From Phycisphaerales bacterium (GTDB lineage: Bacteria; Planctomycetota; Phycisphaerae; Phycisphaerales; Phycisphaeraceae), in the NCBI GenBank assembly GCA_041402025.1, contig JAWKTA010000009.1:32574-96573 (forward strand): a stretch of DNA of 64,000 nucleotides. Reading direction: 5' to 3'. Made by a program: the position numbers and the translations under genes. The notes beneath the pieces were generated by a model, which saw nothing but the letters and a program-made list of their open reading frames with translations, was not told the origin of the DNA and searched no databases. Below, piece after piece: positions 32,443-40,847 of this stretch (positions within the stretch are counted from its first letter, which is position 1; each line of letters starts with the position of its first letter).

Positions 32443-35361
32443 ATGCCAAGCCCACCAAACGATCGCGTATTGGACATCCTGGGAGATGTGCTGGATGTAG
32501 GTTCTTCACGAAGGCCGGACCTTATCGCAAAGCTTTGTGGCGAGGATGCGGAGCTACGTCAAGAAGTCGAGCGACTTCTCAGTTTGGAAGGTTCCGCACG
32601 TGCTGCGATCCCGGACAGTCTTAATGCCAGCCAGCTATTAACCAACCTGCCTGACTTTGAGGTTACTTTGGGGTTCGGTGAGTCATCGGATGACAACCTG
32701 ATCGGTAAACGTATTGGCGCGTACACGATTGATGAATTCATAGGTCGTGGCGGAATGGGCGTTGTTTACCGTGGTGTGGATCATAGATTAAGCCGCCCCG
32801 TCGCCGTCAAAGTTTTGCCAGCGTCATTCGCATCCGACACAGTCCGTATGGCGCGGTTTTCCCGTGAGGCTCAGTTGCTGGCTTCTCTCTCTCATCCCAA
32901 TATTGCTTCGGTTTACGGGCTGGAGGAAGATGGGGTAGCTCAATACTTGGTCATGGAACTGATCGAGGGCCAGACATTGGCCGAGCGCCTTGCTCGCGAG
33001 AAGATGCAGATCGCAGATGTACTTCAGGTGGCTATCCAGATCGCCGAGGCGCTAAGTTGTGCACACGATGCCGGCGTCGTCCACCGCGACCTCAAGCCCG
33101 CCAACGTCATGCTGACACCTGACGATCGGGTGAAGGTGCTCGACTTTGGGCTGGCGCGATCAGTCCCAATCTCTACGATAGAAGAACGCACCTCGGCAGC
33201 CAGTCTCGACTCGTTGTTAGCCACCGCTCCCGGGAGTTTCATTGGTACACCGCGTTACATGAGCCCGGAACAAGTGCGTGGTCTGTCTGTTGACAAACGC
33301 ACGGATATTTTTGCTTTCGGCTGTGTTCTGTTTGAGATGCTAAGCGGTGTCCGGGCGTTTGACGGGAGTGACCGGACCGAGGTCGCCGCGGCCATACTTG
33401 AACGAGAGCCCGATTATAATTCGTTACCCATACATACCCCTCCTTTGCTGATCCGATTGATAAAGCGGATGCTGGAAAAAGCACCTTCTGAACGATTGCG
33501 TGACTCCGCAGACGCGATGTTTGATCTCAAGGAGATGCTTGTGGAACGGGCATGGCTTGTGGAGAACAAGGCCGCAGCCCGGGCTAGAGCTGTGAGCCAC
33601 CACTTTACTTCGACCATTGTAGTGGGCTTTGTATTGGGAATAGTTGGGGGTTTTGTCGGTTGGTACTGGGCTTCACAACAGACAGAGCCACCACCGGTCT
33701 TAGGTCATACGGATCATTTCAGTATTGACCTGCCCGGCAACGAACCGCAGAATGATCTTGCTCACCTCCGTGTTTCGATTTCGCGAGATGGGTCGCATAT
33801 AGCATTGTCGGCGAGTGACGGAAACCATCGGATGCTGTGGTGCCGTAGTCCTGAGGACACGGCATTTCAACCGATTGAGGACTCTGTGGGTGGTTGGATC
33901 CCGTCTTTTTCCCCTGACGGGCAGTGGCTTAGTTACCATCATGATGGCCGACTTCTCAAACGCCGGATTGCCGGCGGAAAGCCATCGGTGCTCACGGACT
34001 TAGCCGGCTATTGGGGGCGCTTTACTTGGGGCGATGACGAGAAGATTACATTCGTGCCTGTTTGGGGCAAAGGCGTAGCCAGGCTGCCGATCAACGGCGG
34101 GGAGCCGAAATTTGTTTCGCATTTAGACTTCGACAATAATGAATTCGCCCACCTTGCTCCGAGCGTTACGCCAGACAACCGTACGATCCTCTTTGCTGTA
34201 TGGGACGGCAAACACGGCACGCACATAGACGCAATGGATCTTGATGGGTCAAATCGTCACACGGTAATCGCAAACGGTCACAGCCCTCGCCCGGTAATGA
34301 CCCCGAAAGGTGCTTACGTGCTCTTTGCGCGTTCGGGAACGGTTTACGCGGTCGGGTTTGACCAGATTTCACAGGCGTGTATCGGCTCCGAGAAAGCTAT
34401 TGTCGACGGTGTTTTGTCTGACCGAGTATTTTTTTCGTCATGCTTTGATGTCGCCGATGATGGCACTCTGGTATATATCCCGGGTCCCGAGTTCACAGAA
34501 CAATCGGACTTGGCATGGCTGAATGACGACGGCACGCACTCGGCGATTGAGGCCCCATCCAATTCATACACCGAGCCACGCGTCTCTAAAGACGGAAATA
34601 CCATCTCGTTCTTAATTAAAGCGGAACAGTATTGGCCATGTATCTTTGATACAAACAAAAACACTTTTGACCGGGTCGTCACCGATGGCGACACCAGCAG
34701 CGGAGCTATATCGCCTGATGGGCGTTACTTGGCTTATTCAAACAACCGATCTGGTCCTTATTCGCTCTACATCCACGAGCTAGCCACCGGGGCCGACAAA
34801 CTCTTGGCAAAAGGCAGTAATGATTACCTCTGCCAAATCAGCTGGTCGGCCGATTCGCGTTACATCGCTTTTTCAATGTCACCCGATGATAAGAGCAAGC
34901 GAGATGTATGGGTCGTAGATGCGGAAGACGGTGAAATGAAGAATGTCTGCAACTCGCCGGCCGAAGAACGCACCCCCCGATTCTCGCCGGATGGCCGCTG
35001 GCTTGCTTATATCAGTAATGATACCGGAACACGCGAGGTTCGCGTCCGTAAGTTTCCCGAAGGTTCGCCAGACAGGCAACTCACTTCTGGTGGCGCGGAC
35101 TGGCCCGACTGGAGCTCTGATGGCAACACGCTTTATTATAGACAGGGCGGCAGGCTCTGGGGGATGCCTATGGAAAATGGTTCGGTCGCCGGCCAACCTA
35201 CGGTTGTATACGACCGGGACTTCGGTCAGTCTGACTTTGACATGCCCGATTACACAACCGCACCTGACGGCCGCATACTGATTGTCAGGCCCGCTAACGC
35301 TGGCCCATTAATAGATAGCTTGTGTGTAATCACTAACTGGCCGAACCTCATACAACCGTAG
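32443..35361 (+). CDS. Ser/Thr protein kinase with one TM and a C-terminal TolB-like (WD40-like) beta-propeller region
   Basis: GRGGMGVVYRG, VAVKVL, HRDLKPANVM, DFGLA and GTPRYMSPEQ. TM IVVGFVLGIVGGFVGWYW. Then repeated SPDG/SRDG/SKDG/SADS blade motifs (FSPDGQWLSY, SPDGRYLAYS, SPDGRWLAYIS and others). Confidence 0.9.
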   Translation: MPSPPNDRVLDILGDVLDVGSSRRPDLIAKLCGEDAELRQEVERLLSLEGSARAAIPDSLNASQLLTNLPDFEVTLGFGESSDDNLIGKRIGAYTIDEFIGRGGMGVVYRGVDHRLSRPVAVKVLPASFASDTVRMARFSREAQLLASLSHPNIASVYGLEEDGVAQYLVMELIEGQTLAERLAREKMQIADVLQVAIQIAEALSCAHDAGVVHRDLKPANVMLTPDDRVKVLDFGLARSVPISTIEERTSAASLDSLLATAPGSFIGTPRYMSPEQVRGLSVDKRTDIFAFGCVLFEMLSGVRAFDGSDRTEVAAAILEREPDYNSLPIHTPPLLIRLIKRMLEKAPSERLRDSADAMFDLKEMLVERAWLVENKAAARARAVSHHFTSTIVVGFVLGIVGGFVGWYWASQQTEPPPVLGHTDHFSIDLPGNEPQNDLAHLRVSISRDGSHIALSASDGNHRMLWCRSPEDTAFQPIEDSVGGWIPSFSPDGQWLSYHHDGRLLKRRIAGGKPSVLTDLAGYWGRFTWGDDEKITFVPVWGKGVARLPINGGEPKFVSHLDFDNNEFAHLAPSVTPDNRTILFAVWDGKHGTHIDAMDLDGSNRHTVIANGHSPRPVMTPKGAYVLFARSGTVYAVGFDQISQACIGSEKAIVDGVLSDRVFFSSCFDVADDGTLVYIPGPEFTEQSDLAWLNDDGTHSAIEAPSNSYTEPRVSKDGNTISFLIKAEQYWPCIFDTNKNTFDRVVTDGDTSSGAISPDGRYLAYSNNRSGPYSLYIHELATGADKLLAKGSNDYLCQISWSADSRYIAFSMSPDDKSKRDVWVVDAEDGEMKNVCNSPAEERTPRFSPDGRWLAYISNDTGTREVRVRKFPEGSPDRQLTSGGADWPDWSSDGNTLYYRQGGRLWGMPMENGSVAGQPTVVYDRDFGQSDFDMPDYTTAPDGRILIVRPANAGPLIDSLCVITNWPNLIQP

Positions 35362-35539
35362 ATTCTCAAGCGTTACTTGCCTGAAACGCAGCATCATTCT
35401 GCCCTTCGGGCCCCCTTTATGCTGATTATTTTCTGTGCGGTAAGGGTGTCATTGTTGCATCGGTTGCCGACTTGGCTGACTCATCGGCGTCCTGGGGGTG
35501 AACGACGAGCATCTCGGGAAGCGGCGAACCCGACAAAAT

Positions 35540-36250
35540 TTAAAATTCAATACCCGCCGCAATCCTGGCAAGTTGATCGTAGGATCGATCGCCCATGACG
35601 CAGAGCCAGCGGTCGTCCTGGTTGGCCATCATCATGCGGATGCCGTTGAGTTCGTGGCCGAAGAATTGCTTGCCGTCGATTTCGATGCGCGTGCCCATCT
35701 CCATCGCAAAGCGCGGGGCCTTGGCGACCACCAGTGTGACAGGCAGGCCCGCGTCGTCGAGGACGGCCACCGCGACAAGCTCCCCGTGCACATCCGTGAG
35801 GCAGCAGGATTGCACGCGTGCACCGGCGATATGGTCGGGCAGGTCCGGAGCGCTTGCACGCTGGGTCGCGATCCACCGGTTGGCCTCTTCGGTGGACGTG
35901 ACGGTATTCAGTTCGATCTTGCCGGCAACAAGGTCCTGGTGCAGTTGTGAAAGCTCCAGTACGGCGGCGGAGGCCTGGGGGGTCCCCGTGTTCATAGCCA
36001 GAAACAGCGCAAAGGCCAGGGCGATAGCGGCGGCGGCGGTCATCACGGGCCGCAGCCAGTGGCGGATGGTGTAGACGGGTGCCGCATCCTTGTCAGGTGA
36101 GTCGGTGTGCTTCTCGGCGGGACGACCGGTGAGCGCGGCGTTAAGTTTGGCTTCCAGGCGGGATGTATCGACGCGGCGATGTCCCAGCCGGGCCAGGCGG
36201 CGCGACGTTGGGTCGTCAAGCGGGTTCGGATTGTTGGGTTCGATCTTCAT
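35540..36250 (-). CDS. putative anti-sigma factor (single-pass membrane protein)
   Basis: ATG at 36250, 5 nt after the sigma-gene stop and preceded by GGAGG. One TM (VMTAAAAIALAFALFLAM) and a periplasmic C-terminal domain of unknown type. The assignment rests on position and topology only. Confidence 0.5.
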   Translation of the reverse strand: MKIEPNNPNPLDDPTSRRLARLGHRRVDTSRLEAKLNAALTGRPAEKHTDSPDKDAAPVYTIRHWLRPVMTAAAAIALAFALFLAMNTGTPQASAAVLELSQLHQDLVAGKIELNTVTSTEEANRWIATQRASAPDLPDHIAGARVQSCCLTDVHGELVAVAVLDDAGLPVTLVVAKAPRFAMEMGTRIEIDGKQFFGHELNGIRMMMANQDDRWLCVMGDRSYDQLARIAAGIEF

Positions 36251-36254
36251 AGAC

Positions 36255-36857
36255 TCATCCTCCCGTAGACGTACAAATCCAACCCCTTCGCTGGGCCAGG
36301 GGGAGCAGGCGTTCGCGGAGCAGGGCGCGTGCTCTGCTTGCCCGTGATTTGATGGTCCCGGGCGCGACATCCAGTGTCCTGGCAGCTTCATCGACGGACA
36401 TCTGTTCAACATCTACCAGAAGCAACACCCAACGCATCGCATCGGGCAGCGCCCGCAATGCGTCTTCGATCTCTTGATCGCTGAACCTTCCAAGCAGTTC
36501 GTCCGGCTCGGTCCAGGCGGCGACGTCGTCCGCCTGAGTGTCTAGTGGCGCGGCCGGGTTGTGCGCCATCGCTTCGAGCGACCCGGATTCAACGCTCCGA
36601 GAAGCCTTGCGGTACAGGTCGATATGGACCCGTCGAAGGATGGTCATCAGCCAGGCCTTCATATTCGTGCCCGCATCAAAGGTCTCGATGTGCCTGTACG
36701 CCCGCATCATGGCTTCCTGCACGAGGTCCTCTGCCTGATGTGTGTCGCCCGTCAGGATGATCGCGACACGCAATAGCGCGGGCAGGTTCGGCCAGGCCTC
36801 CTCCCTGAAACGCGCCAGGGCGTCTGCCTGCGGCTCATCGGTTCGCGGGTCATCCAT
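36255..36857 (-). CDS. ECF sigma-70 family factor
   Basis: Region 2 AEDLVQEAMMRAYRHIETFDAGTNMKAWLMTILRRVHIDLYR; region 4 MRWVLLLVDVEQMSVDEAARTLDVAPGTIKSRASRARALLRE. Confidence 0.85.
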   Translation of the reverse strand: MDDPRTDEPQADALARFREEAWPNLPALLRVAIILTGDTHQAEDLVQEAMMRAYRHIETFDAGTNMKAWLMTILRRVHIDLYRKASRSVESGSLEAMAHNPAAPLDTQADDVAAWTEPDELLGRFSDQEIEDALRALPDAMRWVLLLVDVEQMSVDEAARTLDVAPGTIKSRASRARALLRERLLPLAQRRGWICTSTGG

Positions 36858-36875
36858 GCATCCTTCACCTTACTA

Positions 36876-36902
36876 AACGCTCGACGGGGGCGGGCCGGTT
36901 CC
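36876..36902 (-). promoter_or_regulatory. ECF-type promoter GGAACC-N17-CGTTTA upstream of the sigma gene
   Basis: On the minus strand, GGAAC at 36902-36898, an 18-nt gap, then CGTT at 36879-36876 (continuing CGTTTA), about 19 nt before the ATG at 36857. Confidence 0.5.
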
Positions 36903-36946
36903 ATCATCTGCGAATAAGAAGATTATTTCCAAATTGTCGGGTTTGT

Positions 36947-36973
36947 GGAACCCCGGGCACTAATTGCCGCGTT
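36947..36973 (+). promoter_or_regulatory. ECF-type promoter GGAACC-N17-CGTTTA upstream of the metal-efflux operon
   Basis: GGAAC at 36947-36951, an 18-nt gap, then CGTT at 36970-36973 (continuing CGTTTA). AAGGAG is at 36984-36989 and the ATG at 36998. The hexamers and spacing match those of the divergent promoter. Confidence 0.5.
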
Positions 36974-36997
36974 TATGGGGTTGAAAGGAGACATTGA

Positions 36998-37363
36998 ATG
37001 GCATCGAAATGGCATCTATCAGCGTTATGTCTGGCTATGACGGCCGGGCTTATCGGCTGCTCCGGGGAGGCCGAGTCCTCCAAGCCGCAGCCCCAAACTA
37101 CCACTGAATCGACCCCGGCATCGACCGACCCGGGGGCCCAGGCCTACCCGATCGATTACTGCATCGTCTCGGGCGAAAAACTCGGGGAGATGGGCGACCC
37201 GGTCCAGGTCACGGTGGAGGGGCGGACCGTCATGTTGTGCTGCGAGATGTGCAAAGAGGACCTGATGAAAGACCCATCAACCTATCTCGCCAAACTCGAT
37301 GCGGCGGCCGAAGGGGCTTCCAAACCAGAATCCGGCAGCGGCCACGGCGATCACCAGCACTGA
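36998..37363 (+). CDS. small lipoprotein with a YHS/TRASH-like Cys motif and a His-rich tail (putative periplasmic metal-binding protein)
   Basis: Lipobox LIGCSG. YPIDYCIVSGEKL...GRTVMLCCEMCKEDLMKDPSTYL. C-terminus GSGHGDHQH. First gene of the efflux operon. Confidence 0.65.
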   Translation: MASKWHLSALCLAMTAGLIGCSGEAESSKPQPQTTTESTPASTDPGAQAYPIDYCIVSGEKLGEMGDPVQVTVEGRTVMLCCEMCKEDLMKDPSTYLAKLDAAAEGASKPESGSGHGDHQH

Positions 37364-37364
37364 T

Positions 37365-38793
37365 ATGAAATACCCAAGCTCCTATTCTGCTTTGTCCGCT
37401 CTCCTGTTCGTGGGCGCATCGCTTTCCGGCTGTGCGGCACACGACCCATTCGAAGACTGGTCCGACGTGGGGCTTGCTGAGCGCGTCGAGCAGATGAGCC
37501 GGTCGGATAAGCCGACGGATGTCGGTCTTCCTTTGCACACTGATATCGGCGACGGGCTCGCCGGGGTTGGAGCAATCGATACGTACATCGCGGCGGCCCT
37601 GAGTGACAACCCCGACATAAAGGCCGCGCAACAGCGCGTTGAACGGCTGCGCGAACGTATACCCCAGGCGAAGGCACTGCCCGACCCCATGGCCACCTTC
37701 ACGTTCGGCGAGTTGGCGCAGACCGCGGCCGGACAGGTCGATTACATCGTCGGCGTGCAACAGTCCCTGCCTTTCCCGGGCACGCTTGACGCCCGGGGCG
37801 AGCTGGCACGGCAGGAGGTCGTGGCCGCGCTTCATGCGATGCGGGCCGTGGTCGATGAGGTAACCGGCGATGTCCGCCGGGCATATTGGTCTTACGACGG
37901 CGCGATCCGCGAGATCGAAGTGCTCGAAGAAAGCCGTTCTCTGCTGACCCAGATCGATTCGGCGGTAAGCGCTCGTGTGAGGGTCGGTAACGCAAGCCAG
38001 GCGGACCTCTTGCGTATATCGCGTGAGATCGCCGCGTTGGAAAACCAGATCGCGGAAGTACGTAGGCGGCAGCAGACCGCCTCGGCGATGCTCGCCAGGC
38101 TGACCAGCCGACCCGTGCCGGAATCCTGGCCCAGGGGCGAAGACAGCCGGTGGCAAAAGCCCGGCTTCGACGCGGATTCCCTCAAGCGTCTTGCCGAGCA
38201 GGGAAGCCCGAAGGTGGCCGAGGCACAGGCACGTGTGCAGGCGTTCCACCGCCAATACAAGCTTGCACGCCGTGACCGCAAGCCCGACTTCATGGTCGGT
38301 TTTCAGTACGGGGCCGTGCGGGCCGGGGGCCTGGCGCCCAGCGCCAACGGTGATGATCAGATCGCGGGCACGGTGGGTGTGAGTATCCCGTTGTGGACGG
38401 ATCGTTATGACGCGGCGGAACGTGAGGCCTTGCGTGGGATGGGCGAATCACTGGCCCAGGTACGCGCCGCTCAGGACCGTGTTGCTTATCAGATCGATGA
38501 AGCCGCTTGCCCGGATCGAAGCGGCGGACCAGTCGCTTAAGCGTCTTCGTGAACGCATGATGCCGGACGCACGTCAGACGATCGACGTGGCCCTGTCGTC
38601 GTTCCGCACCGGTGACGCCGACTTCATTCAACTATTCGAAGACTGGCGTGTGCTCCTGGACGACCGGATGCAGGAGGCCCGCCTGGTCACCGACCTGCAC
38701 AAAGTCGTCGCTGACTTGGAGCAGGCGGTCGGCGGCACAATTAAAGACACGAACCGAACCGAGCACGGATCAAACATCCCGGGAGATTCCTGA
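37365..38793 (+). pseudogene. TolC-family outer-membrane efflux protein (CusC-like), frameshifted near 38495-38510
   Basis: ATG 1 nt after the previous stop. Lipobox-like LFVGASLSGC. OEP-type repeats. ORF 37299..38540 ends ...YQIDEAACPDRSGGPVA, while the homologous continuation LARIEAADQSLKRLRERMMPDARQTIDVALSSFRTGDADFIQLFE... is in ORF 38407..38793. Confidence 0.75.
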
Positions 38794-40847
38794 TGGCCGG
38801 CGTTTTAGGTGAAAGATTACACGGCGCATCCGATTGGCTGCGAAAACGGTCGTTGGGCAGCGCGGCGGTAGCCCTGGTTATCATCCTCGCTTTCGTGTTG
38901 GGCTTTGCTTTCCGTGGGCCGGGTAGCGGACACGTGCAACAACCAACCGCGCCGGCGCAGGCCGGTACCGCGGCAAAGTGGTACACATGCTCCATGCACC
39001 CGGAAGTCCGGATGCCCAACCCGGACGACAAGTGCCCCATCTGCAATATGGACCTGATCCCCGTCGCCGACTCTTCGGATACGGGCACTTCGGCACTGAA
39101 GCCAAACGAAATCAAGCTCTCGGCCGAAGCCGTCGCTTTGATCGATGTACAGACCACGCCCGTCACCCGCCGCCGGATCGATTACCACGTCGATATGGTG
39201 GGCACGGTCGCGTATGACGAGACCCGGCTTGCATACATCACTGCCTATATGGCCGGCCGGCTCGACCGTATGTACGTCGATTACACCGGGATACCCGTGC
39301 AGTTGGGCGACCATCTGGCAGAAATCTACAGCCCCGAGTTACTGGTTGCCAAACAGGAATTGATAGTCGCCCGGCAATCGGTTGATCAGCTAGACCAAAG
39401 CGCCGGCGCGGCATCGCGCGGCAACGCTTTGAGTATCCTTGAATCCGCGCGCGAGCGTTTGCGGTTGCTTGGTCTTAAAGACGATCAGATCAAAGCGATG
39501 GAATCCGGTAAAGACTCAAGCGACCACATCACGCTCTATGCACCCAATAGCGGTATCGTTATCGAGAAACACGCCAAGCCCGGCAGCTATGTCAAGGAAG
39601 GCGACCGGATCTACACCATCGCCGACCTGTCGCGCGTCTGGGTGATGCTCGAAGCCTACGAGTCCGACCTGCCCTGGCTCCGCTACGGCCAGCAGGTTGC
39701 TTTCACCGTGCAGGGTTTGGGTGACAAGCGCTTTGAAGGCCAGATTGTTTTCATCGACCCCATGCTCGACCCGCGTAAACGTACGGTCCGTGTCCGCGTC
39801 AACGTGGATAACTCGGACGGCATCCTGAAACCCGGCATGTTTGTACGTGCCGATGTGAAATCGACCCTCGCGAAAGCCGGCAGGATCGTCGCGCCTGACC
39901 TGGCGGGCAAGTGGATATCGCCCATGCACCCCGAAGTGATCCGCGACGAACCCGGGCCGTGCCCGATATGCGGCATGGCTCTGGTGCGTGCAGAAGACCT
40001 GGGTTACCTCGTCAGTCCTGATCAATCGCAGGACCCTGTGGTCGTGCCCGATTCCGCGGTCCTGCAGACGGGCCGGCGCGGCGTCGTCTATGTGCAGACA
40101 ATGGTTGATGGCGCTTCCCACTTCGAGGGACGCATCGTCGAACTCGGCCCCGGCGGTGATGGCTTCGTCATCGTCCAATCCGGTCTGGAAGAAGGCGAAC
40201 TCGTCGTCACGCGCGGCAACTTCCAGATCGATAGTGCGCTGCAGATCCAGGCCAAGCAGAGCATGATGAACCCGGGCGATTCGGGTCAGATCGCTGACAG
40301 TTCCAAGCCCATGGCCGAGAAAACTCATTTCCACGGCCCCGCCGCGGACGCGATCAAAGCGGTCTACGCCGCTTACTTCGGGCTATCCGAGGCGCTTGCC
40401 GATGATGACATAACCGCGGCCAAACAGCAGGCAGCAGAAGTTAAAACAGCGGTGACGCGAATCCTTGATGAGCGGTCGCCTAAGATGCTTGCCGATCAAT
40501 GGGGCGAGCAACAGGAAAGCCTCATCGCTGTTATCGACGCCATGACGGACGCTTCGGATATCGAATCCGTGCGTGCGCCTTTCGAAACATTATCAAACGC
40601 TCTGATCGCCCTGTTGGAAACTTCGCACATCGAGGGTCTCGGCGGTATCTACCTCGCCCACTGCCCCATGGCGTTTGAATCCAAAGGCGCATCCTGGCTG
40701 ACTCCGCAGCCCGTGATCAGCAACCCGTATTTCGGCCACCGTATGCTCCGCTGCGGTTCGATCGAGCAAACACTCTCGAAGCCCGCCGATAGCACGGAAC
40801 CCGGCACGGCCCAATCCCCCAACCCCGACGGGCACAACCATGAGTGA
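38793..40847 (+). CDS. RND efflux periplasmic adaptor (CusB-like) with two CxxC metal-binding ribbon motifs and a DUF3347-like C-terminal domain
   Basis: The start overlaps the upstream stop (TGATG). Motifs: KWYTCSMHPEVRMPNPDDKCPICNMDL, the adaptor core (YAPNSGIVIEKHAKPGSYVKEGDRIYTIADLSRVWV), a second KWISPMHPEVIRDEPGPCPICGMAL, and a C-terminal LAHCPMAF...NPYFGHRMLRCG. Confidence 0.85.
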   Translation: MAGVLGERLHGASDWLRKRSLGSAAVALVIILAFVLGFAFRGPGSGHVQQPTAPAQAGTAAKWYTCSMHPEVRMPNPDDKCPICNMDLIPVADSSDTGTSALKPNEIKLSAEAVALIDVQTTPVTRRRIDYHVDMVGTVAYDETRLAYITAYMAGRLDRMYVDYTGIPVQLGDHLAEIYSPELLVAKQELIVARQSVDQLDQSAGAASRGNALSILESARERLRLLGLKDDQIKAMESGKDSSDHITLYAPNSGIVIEKHAKPGSYVKEGDRIYTIADLSRVWVMLEAYESDLPWLRYGQQVAFTVQGLGDKRFEGQIVFIDPMLDPRKRTVRVRVNVDNSDGILKPGMFVRADVKSTLAKAGRIVAPDLAGKWISPMHPEVIRDEPGPCPICGMALVRAEDLGYLVSPDQSQDPVVVPDSAVLQTGRRGVVYVQTMVDGASHFEGRIVELGPGGDGFVIVQSGLEEGELVVTRGNFQIDSALQIQAKQSMMNPGDSGQIADSSKPMAEKTHFHGPAADAIKAVYAAYFGLSEALADDDITAAKQQAAEVKTAVTRILDERSPKMLADQWGEQQESLIAVIDAMTDASDIESVRAPFETLSNALIALLETSHIEGLGGIYLAHCPMAFESKGASWLTPQPVISNPYFGHRMLRCGSIEQTLSKPADSTEPGTAQSPNPDGHNHE

